DNA of 64,000 nt from Oscillospiraceae bacterium (GTDB taxonomy: Bacteria; Bacillota; Clostridia; Monoglobales; Monoglobaceae), in assembly GCA_015068605.1 (NCBI GenBank), contig SVKF01000004.1, forward strand, positions 41,949 through 105,948, in the 5' to 3' direction. The notes below the pieces were generated by a model, which made no database searches, was not told the DNA's origin, and worked only from the letters and a program-made list of their open reading frames with translations. Position numbers and translations under genes: made by a program. This document shows positions 27,835-38,096 of the stretch, piece by piece; position 1 is the stretch's first letter, and the number at the start of each line of letters is the position of its first letter.

Positions 27835-29583
27835 ATGAAAAAGAAAATTTTAATTTGTTCCTTATCTGTTGTTTTGGTCGCATCTTTAATCATTGGGCTT
27901 GTTTGGTTTTTGGGCGATAATGAAACCTTGACCGTTTTTCTCAACGGAATGGAAGTCAAGGTTTCCGCAACATCATTAGAGGATAACAGTCCTCTTATTT
28001 CCGCTGAGGAAATTTTTGATGTTGCCGATGTTGAATATTCCTATGAAAATGGAAAAGCCTATGCAAAAGGGAAAAACACTCTTGAAATTGATACTGATTC
28101 AAACAGCATTAAGGTTAATGGTTTAATTCAGCAATCCGAATTTCTTATAGATGATGATAAATTGATGATTTCTCCGTATCTTGCCGGAGAAGTTATGAAT
28201 TATGAAACTATAAGCACGGAAAACGAAGTCAGATTTATTAAGCCTCGCTATGTTAAAATCAAGTTCAGAGACAGCGGAAAATCTCTCTCGCTCCCGTATT
28301 GCGACGATTTTTTCCTTCTTCCCTCAACTGAATATAATCACTCTCTCGCAAACCTTTCTTTAGGTCTTGCCGCTTCAGCTTTTTCTTCAAAAGAATCTGA
28401 TGCATATTACGGAGATACCGGTAATTTTGGCAGAGATAAAGATATTATTGCAGTTTACAAAGAGCTTGGTTTTAGCAATATCAAAACCTTTAATTACGAT
28501 AAATCCCTCAATGACACCTCTGACACCGTTGCTTATGCTATGGCAGAAAAAAATATTACAAACAATGGGGAAAAATACAGACTTGTTGCTTTGTCCGTAA
28601 GAGGCGGTTGCTACGGAAATGAATGGGTCAGCAACTTTAATATTGGAAATACTGAAATCCATAAAGGTTTTCTTTTAGCTTCCGACGAGGTTGTGAAAAA
28701 CCTCTATGAATATATCGGAAACAAAACAAGTAATACAAAATTATGGATGACCGGATTCAGCCGTGGCGGCGGAGTGGCAGGGATTACTGCCGCGAGAATT
28801 ACCGATGAGGGTAAGCTCCCTTCTGAAAATATTTATGCATACACCTTCGCTACCCCTGCCGGAACAACCGCAAAAAATGCAAAAACGGAAAAATATGGTC
28901 ACATTTTCAATATAATAAGCGAGAACGACCTTATTCCTCTTATTGCACCGGAAAAATGGGGGTATACACGCTACGGAACGGACCTCACTCTTCCGTCTTT
29001 GCTTAATTATTCCAATGATGTTGCATTGGCTGAATCTCAAAAAATCAGCAGTTTATATAAATCAATAATCACCTCCGGCGATTTCAAGCTGTATGATATT
29101 GAAAAATCCGGACAAAAGCAGGATATTCGCACCTTTATAAATAACCTCTCATCTGCTCTCGGCAGTCGGATATCATACACTGATAAATATGCGAATATCA
29201 TTATGGATTATATTGAATGCAGTAACACCAAAATAAAAGACGAAAACGGCAACTGGGTTTATGGCTCCATGGAGGATATTCTCACTCTCAAATATCCCGA
29301 TGCTCCGTCGTATTTTCAAAAGATTAAAGAAAATCCCCTTCTGAAAAACGCATCGGCTCTGCTTGGGAATGCAGGAAAAAACATTGTTGCATTCGGGGTT
29401 ATATGCATGGTTAACGGTGAATCTCCAATTCATGTAATAAACGAAATAGGTATAGAAAATTTAGTTTCTTTTGCATCGTTATTTTCATTGAGCGGTGATT
29501 CAAATATAGCAAAATGTCATTATCCCGAAAGCTATACAGCCCAGCTTAATTCCTTTATAGACCCTTATCTCATTCTGCAATAG
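27835..29583 (+). CDS. Membrane-anchored or secreted class 3 lipase-like alpha/beta hydrolase
   Basis: N-terminal TM helix, a copper-amine-oxidase-N-like stalk region, and the GxSxG nucleophile elbow TGFSRGGG. Confidence 0.65.
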   Translation: MKKKILICSLSVVLVASLIIGLVWFLGDNETLTVFLNGMEVKVSATSLEDNSPLISAEEIFDVADVEYSYENGKAYAKGKNTLEIDTDSNSIKVNGLIQQSEFLIDDDKLMISPYLAGEVMNYETISTENEVRFIKPRYVKIKFRDSGKSLSLPYCDDFFLLPSTEYNHSLANLSLGLAASAFSSKESDAYYGDTGNFGRDKDIIAVYKELGFSNIKTFNYDKSLNDTSDTVAYAMAEKNITNNGEKYRLVALSVRGGCYGNEWVSNFNIGNTEIHKGFLLASDEVVKNLYEYIGNKTSNTKLWMTGFSRGGGVAGITAARITDEGKLPSENIYAYTFATPAGTTAKNAKTEKYGHIFNIISENDLIPLIAPEKWGYTRYGTDLTLPSLLNYSNDVALAESQKISSLYKSIITSGDFKLYDIEKSGQKQDIRTFINNLSSALGSRISYTDKYANIIMDYIECSNTKIKDENGNWVYGSMEDILTLKYPDAPSYFQKIKENPLLKNASALLGNAGKNIVAFGVICMVNGESPIHVINEIGIENLVSFASLFSLSGDSNIAKCHYPESYTAQLNSFIDPYLILQ

Positions 29584-29604
29584 ATTAATTTAAATATTTG
29601 AAAA

Positions 29605-29638
29605 ATACAAAGCTACATCAGATGCTTTGTATTTTTTT
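29605..29638 (+). terminator. Intrinsic terminator after the lipase-like gene
   Basis: ATACAAAGC (29605-29613) / GCTTTGTAT (29624-29632), followed by TTTTTT. Confidence 0.7.
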
Positions 29639-29670
29639 GTCAAAATATAATAATTTTTCTTGAAAAAATA

Positions 29671-29699
29671 TTGAAAAATTATTTATTATGTTGTATAAT
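29671..29699 (+). promoter_or_regulatory. Sigma-A promoter candidate for the purine permease gene
   Basis: TTGAAA (29671-29676), 17 nt spacer, TATAAT (29694-29699), preceded by TG (extended -10). Confidence 0.55.
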
Positions 29700-29731
29700 A
29701 AATATATAATCTTTTTAAAGGAGAGGTTTTT

Positions 29732-31087
29732 ATGGAAAAACTTGAGAAACTATTCAAAATCAAAGAACGCGGAAGCAATGTTCGGACAGAGGTCATTGCC
29801 GGTGTTACAACATTCCTTGCTATGGCTTATATCCTTGTTGTAAATCCGGGCTATCTCGAAGCAGCAGGTATTCCTTGGGGAGCTGCATTTTCAGCAACAG
29901 CAATTTCTGCGGCGATTGCAACCTTATGCATGGCGTTCTTCGCTAACTACCCCGTTGCATTGGCTTCAGGTATGGGGCTTAACGCATTCTTTGCATTCAC
30001 CGTTTGTGGTACAATGGGTTATTCCTATCAGGTTGCTCTTACTGCAATATTGATTGAAGGCTTAATATTTATGCTTCTTTCCCTCTTTAAGTTCCGTGAA
30101 GCTTTAGTTAATAAGATTCCGGGAAACCTGAAATTCGGTATAACCGCCGGAATTGGTCTTTTTATAACTATTATAGCGCTCTTAAATTCAGGAATCGTTG
30201 TTGCGGATCCCGGCACAACCGTTGCACTTGGAAACCTTGGTTATGCTCAGGTGGCATTACCTTTGTTCGGGCTTTTAATTATCGGTATCCTTGAACATTA
30301 TAAAATCCCCGGAAGCATTCTTCTCGGTATTATCATCACCTGGATTTTAGGTATGATTGCAGAAGCAACGGGCTGGTATCTTGTTAATCCGGATGCTAAA
30401 TTATACTCAGTATTCCCAACATTTGACGGAAGCGCATTTCAGCCACCATTATTCTTCGATTTTGATTTTGGATTTATTGGGAAAAATCTTGCTTCGTTTA
30501 TCCTTGTTGTGTTTACCTTCCTTTACACAGATATTTTTGACACAGTCGGAACACTTATCGGTGTTGCTGAAAAAGGAAACCTTCTTGACCATGACGGTAA
30601 GCTTCCAAAAGCAAGCGGCGCTTTAATGGCAGATGCGGTTGGTACTGTTACAGGTGCTTGTCTTGGTACTTCGACCGTTACAAGCTTTGTTGAATCCAGC
30701 GCAGGCGTTGCGGCAGGCGGAAAAACAGGACTTGCTTCAGTTGTTACAGCAATTCTATTCCTTGTATCCCTTGTTTTAGCTCCAATCTTTACAGCTATTC
30801 CATCTTTTGCTACCACTCCGGCTATGCTTTATGTTGGTCTTTTGATGCTTTCATCTGTAAAGAAGGTTGATTTTGGTTCTGATATTGCTGACACAATCGG
30901 TGCATTTCTTGCAATCATCATGATGCCACTCACATACTCAATCGCAAACGGCATTATGTTTGGTATGCTCTCTTGGGTTATATTGAAGATATTTATTGGT
31001 AAAGCCAAAGAAATCAGCGGTGTAATGTGGATTTCTGTTTCACTTTTTGTAATATACATCGCTCTTAAGGTTACAGGCATTATTTAA
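29732..31087 (+). CDS. NCS2/AzgA-family purine (adenine/guanine/hypoxanthine) permease
   Basis: MEKLEKLFKIKERGSNVRTEVIAGVTTFLAMAYILVVNP is the typical N-terminus of PbuG/AzgA-like permeases. Many TM helices. Confidence 0.88.
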   Translation: MEKLEKLFKIKERGSNVRTEVIAGVTTFLAMAYILVVNPGYLEAAGIPWGAAFSATAISAAIATLCMAFFANYPVALASGMGLNAFFAFTVCGTMGYSYQVALTAILIEGLIFMLLSLFKFREALVNKIPGNLKFGITAGIGLFITIIALLNSGIVVADPGTTVALGNLGYAQVALPLFGLLIIGILEHYKIPGSILLGIIITWILGMIAEATGWYLVNPDAKLYSVFPTFDGSAFQPPLFFDFDFGFIGKNLASFILVVFTFLYTDIFDTVGTLIGVAEKGNLLDHDGKLPKASGALMADAVGTVTGACLGTSTVTSFVESSAGVAAGGKTGLASVVTAILFLVSLVLAPIFTAIPSFATTPAMLYVGLLMLSSVKKVDFGSDIADTIGAFLAIIMMPLTYSIANGIMFGMLSWVILKIFIGKAKEISGVMWISVSLFVIYIALKVTGII

Positions 31088-31174
31088 TATGTTAAAAAAC
31101 TGCGGAACGCAAGAAAAGATGAAATCTAATAGGGGTTGAGAAATTCTTTTGTAGAATATATACCCGAAATCAAA

Positions 31175-31214
31175 GGCGGTGTTTAAAAGTCAGAGAGACT
31201 TTTAAAACACCGTC
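31175..31214. terminator. Hairpin of the GGCGGTGT...ACACCG family (terminator between convergent genes)
   Basis: GGCGGTGTTTAAAAGTC / GACTTTTAAAACACCGTC. A closely related hairpin is at 39766-39806 and a shorter relative at 4184-4214. Confidence 0.6.
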
Positions 31215-31304
31215 TTAATTTTATAAATTTACTTCAATAATTCAAATATAAAAGCTTCTGTCAATTCCGTCATAGCATCCGTTTGAAGATTCCCGCTCCT
31301 TAGG

Positions 31305-34300
31305 TTATTGCCCGTTTATAAATCTGTAAAGAAAAGTAACCACCTGCGCTCTTGTGCATGAATCCTCAGGGCTGAAGGTTGAAGCACTTGTTCCACCGGT
31401 TATACCTTGTTCTACTGCCCATAAAACGGCTTTGTGGTAATAGCTGTCAGACTTAACATCCGTAAATTTACACTTATCTGATTTTGCTTCCGGTTGACCT
31501 GCCGTACGCCAGAGAAAAGTAACCACTTGACCTCTTGTGCAAGGTGCATCCGGCGAGAAGGTAGTGTCGCTTGTTCCGCCCGTAATATTGCTTCCAAGCG
31601 CCCATTTTACAGGCTTATGGTAATATACATCTTCTTTCACATCAGTAAAAATCATACCGATTGCCGCAGGGTCAGGCGAGCCTACCATTCTGTGGAGGAA
31701 GGTTACAACCTGCGCCCTTGTGCAAGGAGCATTTGGGCTAAAGGTTGTGGCACTTGTTCCGCCTGTTATTCCTTGCTCTACCGCCCACAAAACAGCATCA
31801 TAGTAATACTGTCCTTTAGAAATGTCGATAAAGGTTGTTTTTTGTGTCTCCTGCGTTTTCTCTGTCGGCTTCTCGCTTTCAGCAGGCTTCTCGCTTTCGG
31901 CAGGTTTCTCAATTTCAGAAGGTTTCTCAATTTCAGAAGGTTTCTCGATTTCTGTTGGTTGTTCAGGTTCTTTTTCTTCTTCAAGAGTCGGGAATTTAAA
32001 ATTGAGCACAACAGCAGTATCATGTAAACGGTCAATATTTTCTTCTCTGACATTAAAACCATTGACAGTTGCGCAAAGACTTTCATTAAATCTTACAACA
32101 TCATCCCACCCAACTCTTACGGCATCCACATAAAGCATAACAGAATATGTTTTGCCTGCCTCAAACTTTGAAGATTTATCCATATACTCGCCGTCTTCAT
32201 ACCAGCTTATTGCACCGGAATCCTGCTTCAATCCGTAATATTCGGGATTTTCGCTTTCTGCGGTACAATCGGGAGTGTTTCCGATTTCAGGCCAATCTAT
32301 GCCATACATATTGATGCTTGAAACCTTGACTTCATCGCAGGTATATTCATAATACACTGTAACACGGTTTTCCTGAACCTCATATTTTGCTTCAACACCG
32401 TTTACATATACAATCGTGTTATATTCATCATTTTCGTTCTTTGAAAAAGCATATCCGTCTTCTATATCAAGATAAATATGAGCCTTATACCACATACTGC
32501 CGACAAACAAATCGTTCTTCCCTACCTCAAAGCCTGTTCCGGCTCTTGTCCACTTAATTCCGTCTTCAGTATATTCATCACTCACATCCGATACCGACAC
32601 GCCTTCTCCTGCAGATATTGCACTATAGTAATCAGGTTTTCCGCCAACGATTGGGTTAGCTATTCGCAAATCTATATATTCAATCTTAATTTTACCGTCA
32701 TCCAGCTTGTCAATATAGTAGTCACAGGTGTTGCAGTTATATCTGATATATCCACCCTGACTTTCGCCATTATTAAATATATGCTTTTCATCCGCAAGTT
32801 TCTCACCGCACACCGTACACATTTGATAGTGCTTTTCCTCATCAAAGTGAATTGATACATCTTCATTCATATTGTGCTCACAGTCGAAGCTATATACCTT
32901 TGACCATATATATGCCCGTCTGCCGGTTTCTGAAATTTCCGTATTCTTTGCATTATAGCCCATAACAGCAAATTGAGTATTTTTATCAAATACATATCCC
33001 GTATCTGCATAAAGTGTTATCTTCGCCTGATAATCACCTGCGGCAACTGTTTCATCATTTCCTGCAGGGCTTCCGTTATGATACCACTCCACATCCATTT
33101 TTCTGACATTTGATGCGCTGAGCTTGAGTGAATCCGAGGTAAGCTCCATTCCCTGCGCCATCGTTCCAAGGATTGCAGCCGAGTCAATCGTCTTTGTTTC
33201 TGTTTTATTTATATGATTGCGTCGGTCAGCATTACTTAAATGATGAGTAACAACAATCTCTGTAACATTCTGCTCATAGGCATTTCCAAGATTTTTAGGA
33301 GACCATTCACTGACAGGCACATTTTCACCATCCACTTCAACAGTATTTCGCAGTGGGTCAAGCATATCAGCAGAAAGCCCTATTGAGCCGGGCTCCGATG
33401 CCGGATGATACTGATAGCCATATCTTTGTTCATGCCCTATAACATACGGGCACCAATAACCGTTTAGTGTAACATTTATTGTCGGAACTAATAAAACACG
33501 AAGATGATTTGTTTTGAATGTTCCGTTCTTTACAGTAACATTCGCTTCGTTCTTAGCCCCGATGACATCAGCATTTCCCTTGCCGTGGAATGTTCCGCCA
33601 TTGATAATTGTATTGCCGCCGAGAAGCCTTAGACACGCCGAACGGGAAAACTCAACATCAACATCGTTATCATTAGCTTTTATATAAGTTTCAAGATTTG
33701 AAAAACCTCTGCCGAGGAATATACCGTCATTCGCCATAAATGTTCCGTCTTTTACCGTGACACAATCACCATTTACCTGCTGCCACGCATACCCGTCATA
33801 TCTTGCTCCGATTGCAAGTCCGAGGACGCCGAACTGGATGGCATAATCAAGCAAGTGTCTTAAACTATAGACATCCTTGCCGTCATATACCCACATTTTT
33901 TTGGAGCGTCCTGCCTCGAGTGTTCCACCGTTTACAGTGACCATACCACCGTCAATCTCAAGTACGTTTCTGTACTTCACATCACCACCTAAATATTCCG
34001 GTCCACTCTCACCGTTTACCGTTTCCATTCTCCCATAGCAAAAGAGTGTACCCGAGTTATCGCCGCTTGTGTCCTTTATAATAAGCTCTGCACCTTTTGG
34101 AACTTTAAGCATTGTTGTTTCCATGCCGGTTTCGGCATTAAGTTCAACGGATTTGCCATTTAGGTTAAGTGTTTTTTGTCCCTTGCCGAGAGTAACCCAA
34201 AATTCTCCCACATCAGACACCTTGCAGGTGTAAATAATATCTTTTGTTACAACAATGTTTTTATCCCCGTCACTTTCAAGAGCTTGTTTAAAAGCCTCGG

Positions 34301-34400
34301 CTGTACTTACTTCCGTATATTCGCCCTCTGCAAAAACCAACGTCGGAAGCATTGATAATATTATTACAAAACTTAACAAAATGCTTATAAATCTTTTCAT
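31305..34400 (-). CDS. Large secreted protein with three C-terminal SLH domains
   Basis: Signal peptide ...LPTLVFA-EGEY. A G/N-rich region with recurring NGGT.. turns that looks beta-helix-like. PEKPSEIEK linker. Three SLH repeats (FTDV....YY...V.WA......GGTS.TTFSP...CTR.Q.VTFL.R). Confidence 0.85.
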   Translation of the reverse strand: MKRFISILLSFVIILSMLPTLVFAEGEYTEVSTAEAFKQALESDGDKNIVVTKDIIYTCKVSDVGEFWVTLGKGQKTLNLNGKSVELNAETGMETTMLKVPKGAELIIKDTSGDNSGTLFCYGRMETVNGESGPEYLGGDVKYRNVLEIDGGMVTVNGGTLEAGRSKKMWVYDGKDVYSLRHLLDYAIQFGVLGLAIGARYDGYAWQQVNGDCVTVKDGTFMANDGIFLGRGFSNLETYIKANDNDVDVEFSRSACLRLLGGNTIINGGTFHGKGNADVIGAKNEANVTVKNGTFKTNHLRVLLVPTINVTLNGYWCPYVIGHEQRYGYQYHPASEPGSIGLSADMLDPLRNTVEVDGENVPVSEWSPKNLGNAYEQNVTEIVVTHHLSNADRRNHINKTETKTIDSAAILGTMAQGMELTSDSLKLSASNVRKMDVEWYHNGSPAGNDETVAAGDYQAKITLYADTGYVFDKNTQFAVMGYNAKNTEISETGRRAYIWSKVYSFDCEHNMNEDVSIHFDEEKHYQMCTVCGEKLADEKHIFNNGESQGGYIRYNCNTCDYYIDKLDDGKIKIEYIDLRIANPIVGGKPDYYSAISAGEGVSVSDVSDEYTEDGIKWTRAGTGFEVGKNDLFVGSMWYKAHIYLDIEDGYAFSKNENDEYNTIVYVNGVEAKYEVQENRVTVYYEYTCDEVKVSSINMYGIDWPEIGNTPDCTAESENPEYYGLKQDSGAISWYEDGEYMDKSSKFEAGKTYSVMLYVDAVRVGWDDVVRFNESLCATVNGFNVREENIDRLHDTAVVLNFKFPTLEEEKEPEQPTEIEKPSEIEKPSEIEKPAESEKPAESEKPTEKTQETQKTTFIDISKGQYYYDAVLWAVEQGITGGTSATTFSPNAPCTRAQVVTFLHRMVGSPDPAAIGMIFTDVKEDVYYHKPVKWALGSNITGGTSDTTFSPDAPCTRGQVVTFLWRTAGQPEAKSDKCKFTDVKSDSYYHKAVLWAVEQGITGGTSASTFSPEDSCTRAQVVTFLYRFINGQ
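31867..31956 (-). repeat. Coding 18 bp x 5 tandem repeat (EKPSEI/EKPAES linker)
   Basis: ggcttctcgctttcagca / ggcttctcgctttcggca / ggtttctcaatttcagaa x2 / ggtttctcgatttctgtt. Confidence 0.85.
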
Positions 34401-34430
34401 ATGTAATCGACTCCGTATTTATTAATCCAA

Positions 34431-35864
34431 TCAGTTTATAATATCGCTCATGTCAATAACGTGTGTAGGCTGATATTTTACTACAACATCTCCATCTTTG
34501 GGTGTTGCACCATCTTCTATCGCAAATACTATTCCTGCGTTGTCGTTTTTGCAGATTTCATCCAACGACTTATTAAACATCTGCAAATCTTTTGCAACAC
34601 CGATTGCAATAACCTTGTCATTTCTTATAACAGAAACCTTTTCGCCTTTTTTAAGGATACCGTCTGCAACTGTTCCCGAAAGAGTGTATTCCTTTGTGGC
34701 AGAAATGATTGAATAGCTTTCAATCGGCATTGAGAAGGGGCCGTAAACTTTAATTCTATCCGTCTTTACTTTTTCTCCTAAGCTGTCGGTTACTTCACAG
34801 TAAATTTGCTTACCTAAAAGCGTGTTTTCCTTTTCCACAGAAAGAACAAGCGCCTCGGTTTTTACATCTTTTACATAATCTCCATTTTCTATTTCGGCAG
34901 TTTGGTTTCTGTATCCGGTATAATAGAACCACTGATAGCTGTAAGGTGCTTTTCCGCCAAAAACCTGCACCTCTGCTTCGTGTTTTCTGCCGTAATCATC
35001 ATATTCTGCGCCTTCGGGCTGTTTGTGGATGGTAAGCTCTGCATTTATCACCGGTTGCTCCGGAACCTCAACAGGCACAGTCGGGGTTACCGTTATATTC
35101 GGATTAACTTCCTGCGTTGGAATTTTCTCTGTAACTTCAGGATTTTCAGGAAGTATATTTACGGGGTCATCCCAGCTTTCTGCTTTTTGATTATCTTTTC
35201 CCGGCTCCTCAATTTCAGGCTCTTCTTCACTTGAAGTACCTGCCATTTCAAATTTAACTCTCTCATCTTCATTCATCATACGGGAGATAATCGCCGCAAC
35301 CTCGCATCTTTTGATATTATCATCAGGCTTGCAGTTGTGAAGTGCGTCAACACCGGTTATAATACCTGCTCGATACATTTTATACACATAGATTGCATAA
35401 GGAGCGTTATCCTTAACATCTAAAATACTCCCATTTGGTATATTGTTAATATCTTTAAACGCACTGTCAGGAAGAGCATTTGCAAAAATTTCTATATACC
35501 CGGCTCTTGTAACATTTGCGTTGAAATCATAATCCTTTGTAATTATCCTATTGCTTTTACAATAATCAACATAAGGCTGATACCATGGAGAGCCCGTTGT
35601 TAAAGTAACCTCGCCGTTTAAGTAAACCTGACTCATACAAGCCGCAAGCTTAACCGCTTCAGCATAAGTTAGCAGGTCATCCGGCGCAAATATTGTTGTG
35701 GTTTTGCCATTGATAATTTCCGTTTCCACAGCCTTAACCACTTCATCGTGATACCATGCCCCGGCAGGAACATCCGTAAAAGGATTTGCAGTATTTGCCC
35801 TTGCCATTGTCATCAATGACAAAAGCATTGCAATTATGAGAATAATTGATGAAAATTTTTTCAT
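34431..35864 (-). CDS. Secreted SLH-domain protein with an Ig-like middle region and a C-terminal EF-Tu domain II-like barrel
   Basis: Signal peptide ...MARA-NTANP. N-terminal SLH repeats (FTDVPAGAWYHDEVVKAV...). Acidic/Pro linker. C-terminal 100 aa discussed in the findings. Confidence 0.85.
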   Translation of the reverse strand: MKKFSSIILIIAMLLSLMTMARANTANPFTDVPAGAWYHDEVVKAVETEIINGKTTTIFAPDDLLTYAEAVKLAACMSQVYLNGEVTLTTGSPWYQPYVDYCKSNRIITKDYDFNANVTRAGYIEIFANALPDSAFKDINNIPNGSILDVKDNAPYAIYVYKMYRAGIITGVDALHNCKPDDNIKRCEVAAIISRMMNEDERVKFEMAGTSSEEEPEIEEPGKDNQKAESWDDPVNILPENPEVTEKIPTQEVNPNITVTPTVPVEVPEQPVINAELTIHKQPEGAEYDDYGRKHEAEVQVFGGKAPYSYQWFYYTGYRNQTAEIENGDYVKDVKTEALVLSVEKENTLLGKQIYCEVTDSLGEKVKTDRIKVYGPFSMPIESYSIISATKEYTLSGTVADGILKKGEKVSVIRNDKVIAIGVAKDLQMFNKSLDEICKNDNAGIVFAIEDGATPKDGDVVVKYQPTHVIDMSDIIN

Positions 35865-35956
35865 AATTTTTTACCTCTTTTCTATATTTTAAAAGCTAAA
35901 ATTTAAACGACTTAAAAATTTCTTCCTCCTCAGTAATAAGGTTTGTGATATAACTA

Positions 35957-38002
35957 TTAATATTCGCAAGAAGAAATATTGCAAATCGGGGTGAGTGCAC
36001 TTGTCCACACCATAACCTTACAGTTAGTGCTGTCATCCGGTATATATAATGTATATTTATCCGCTGATGTTACTACATTTTTTTGTTTCACTTGAGTCAA
36101 CACGCCCTCGTTATTATAGAAGGCAACATAGATAACGGGGACTTTTCCCAAATCCTCTGCTGTCAGAGTGATTTGTGCCGTGCAGGTGTTGTCTGCCTCG
36201 TTGTATATTGCTTCAACAGCGGTTTCTTCTGAAAATTCCACAAGGATGAAAGGACTAAAGCTTGATGATGCAAATGTGATTGTTCCCTTTTCCACATCAA
36301 CACCATTTTCCAAATCTATATTCACAAATTCAGGATTACCGTTATTCCCAATGTGATAAACCGATATTTCACCGTTTTTGATAGCTTGTGCGTTGTCACT
36401 TCCCACAGGAATTGTAATGGTCAGATATTCTTCATTTCCGCCCCATTGATTTAACTGATATGGCGTGTCGCCGTCAAATAAATCTATATTAAACATCATA
36501 ACCGCCTTATCTGAAACCAATCCTTTTGTAATATGCTTTATGTATTTTGTGTTCAAAGATGCCTCAAGGTTAATTTTTTCCACCACAACCGTTGGCTCAC
36601 AATAAATCATACTATTATCCGTATCAACAGAAATATTTTCAATTATTTCAGTTTCTACAACCTCAGCCACAGGCTCTTCACACTCACAGTTAATATTCAT
36701 CCACATATTTGTATCAAAATTACAAGAAAGCATCTTTTCCGTTTCGGTACAAAGACCACAAACACTGCAAGCGTGCATACAGGGAATGATAAGCCTCGAC
36801 ATATAATCGGCTTTTGTAATATAAACTACCCACTGTTTACCGTCTTCAAAGGTGAGTGTAACGTCACAGCCGATGAACATCTGACCTTTACCGCCGAGTT
36901 CTCTGGGCTTTTCGCCTATAAAGCTATTGATAAAATCTTTGTTATCTTCATTCAGAATGTCATCTATAGTTATGCTGTTGCTGTCTGAATCGACTTTTCC
37001 GTAAGCAATACCGTAAATGGTACCGCTTGGTGCTGTTTCGGTTAAAACATCAGATTCCTTGGTTTCGTCTTTCTCAAAATAACCGTACCATTTGTACCCG
37101 CCGTCTTCTTCCTCTTCTTCGCCTTCCTTTATAAACTCGTAATACCAGCTATATTCTGTATTTACAGGTTCATAGCAGCCCTCATACGCAGGAACTACGT
37201 TTACAGTAAGGGGTGCTGTAACAGGTACTACGGAAAGGTTATCATATTCCGATGCCGATTCATAGATATGCTTGTCATACAAGCTGTGAGAGATGGCTTC
37301 AAAACTGAGTTCAGTGTAGTTGGTACTTCCCCAAGAACCTATATATTCCACTTCACAGGAAACCCTTAATTTAAACGTCAAGTCGTTTACGGTAACGTCG
37401 CCTAAAGTTTCGTCCTGCGCTTTAAGTGCCTCATAGATTTCCTTTACCGTTCCGTCAAGTGAAAGATTAAGAACACCACCGTCTTTGCTCATTGTAAAGA
37501 AATCGCAAAGATCGTCATAATAAGAAGAAATGTTCCATTCACCGCAGCCTTCATTATATTCGCCATCCAATCCGTATGGCGCATACATATAACTGGCTTT
37601 GCTTGAGAATTGGTACTCGTAGTCGTTAATCAAAACTCTTGCTTGAACATAAAAAATTGCACCGTTGTTGTTGTCCTCTAAAGCCTTGTAGTGCTCACGA
37701 TCCCCATCAGGATATTGGGTATCTATGAAGTTGTTATAGACCTCAACGGCATCATTGATATTGATGCTGAAGGACTGGTCAAACTTCAGTTCCCCCGTGC
37801 CGTCGGAGTCGATTTCATTCCACAGGTCACAGACATCACTTGTATATTCACCTTGACTGAGCACAAAGGTTGTGCCGGGCTTGTTTGTGATGCTTAGAGC
37901 ATACGATTCTTCTGCTGCCATCGCCGGTGTTGTAAAAACAACGGTGTTTGTAAATAACAAAACCATTGATAGAAGCATCGACATTATACCTGTTTTTTTC
38001 AT
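35957..38002 (-). CDS. Secreted protein of unknown function with an internal Cys-rich segment
   Basis: Signal peptide ...TTPAMA-AEES. CMHACSVCGLCTETEKMLSC...NCEC cluster. GGAAGGAG lies 9 nt before the ATG. Confidence 0.75.
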   Translation of the reverse strand: MKKTGIMSMLLSMVLLFTNTVVFTTPAMAAEESYALSITNKPGTTFVLSQGEYTSDVCDLWNEIDSDGTGELKFDQSFSININDAVEVYNNFIDTQYPDGDREHYKALEDNNNGAIFYVQARVLINDYEYQFSSKASYMYAPYGLDGEYNEGCGEWNISSYYDDLCDFFTMSKDGGVLNLSLDGTVKEIYEALKAQDETLGDVTVNDLTFKLRVSCEVEYIGSWGSTNYTELSFEAISHSLYDKHIYESASEYDNLSVVPVTAPLTVNVVPAYEGCYEPVNTEYSWYYEFIKEGEEEEEDGGYKWYGYFEKDETKESDVLTETAPSGTIYGIAYGKVDSDSNSITIDDILNEDNKDFINSFIGEKPRELGGKGQMFIGCDVTLTFEDGKQWVVYITKADYMSRLIIPCMHACSVCGLCTETEKMLSCNFDTNMWMNINCECEEPVAEVVETEIIENISVDTDNSMIYCEPTVVVEKINLEASLNTKYIKHITKGLVSDKAVMMFNIDLFDGDTPYQLNQWGGNEEYLTITIPVGSDNAQAIKNGEISVYHIGNNGNPEFVNIDLENGVDVEKGTITFASSSFSPFILVEFSEETAVEAIYNEADNTCTAQITLTAEDLGKVPVIYVAFYNNEGVLTQVKQKNVVTSADKYTLYIPDDSTNCKVMVWTSALTPICNISSCEY

Positions 38003-38053
38003 AATTTTATTCTCCTTCCTGAATATATGAATTATATATTAATCTGTTATGTT

Positions 38054-38083
38054 TCAATCATCGGGCATTTGAACATTTTTCAT
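38054..38083 (-). CDS. Candidate 9-codon mini-ORF (MKNVQMPDD) behind a strong Shine-Dalgarno; possibly a leader peptide
   Basis: AAGGAGGTG (complement of 38088-38096), then AAAA, ATG at 38083 and TGA at 38054-38056. Lies 51 nt upstream of the 681 aa gene. Confidence 0.2.
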   Translation of the reverse strand: MKNVQMPDD

Positions 38084-38096
38084 TTTTCACCTCCTT

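Noticed and set aside
29584-29731. Purine riboswitch expected upstream of the NCS2 purine permease
   Set aside because: The leader is only about 30 nt after the predicted -10 and contains no three-way-junction motif (no UAUAAU...CCGGGCACC-like elements). Only a promoter and the upstream gene's terminator were found.
31494-32133. Three overlapping ORFs (177, 102 and 103 aa) inside the SLH protein gene
   Set aside because: They fall on the 18 bp tandem linker repeat and SLH region of the 1031 aa gene. The repeats keep alternative frames open, and the products are low-complexity (RFL/SAGFS/KKRNL). The SLH frame is clearly the real one.
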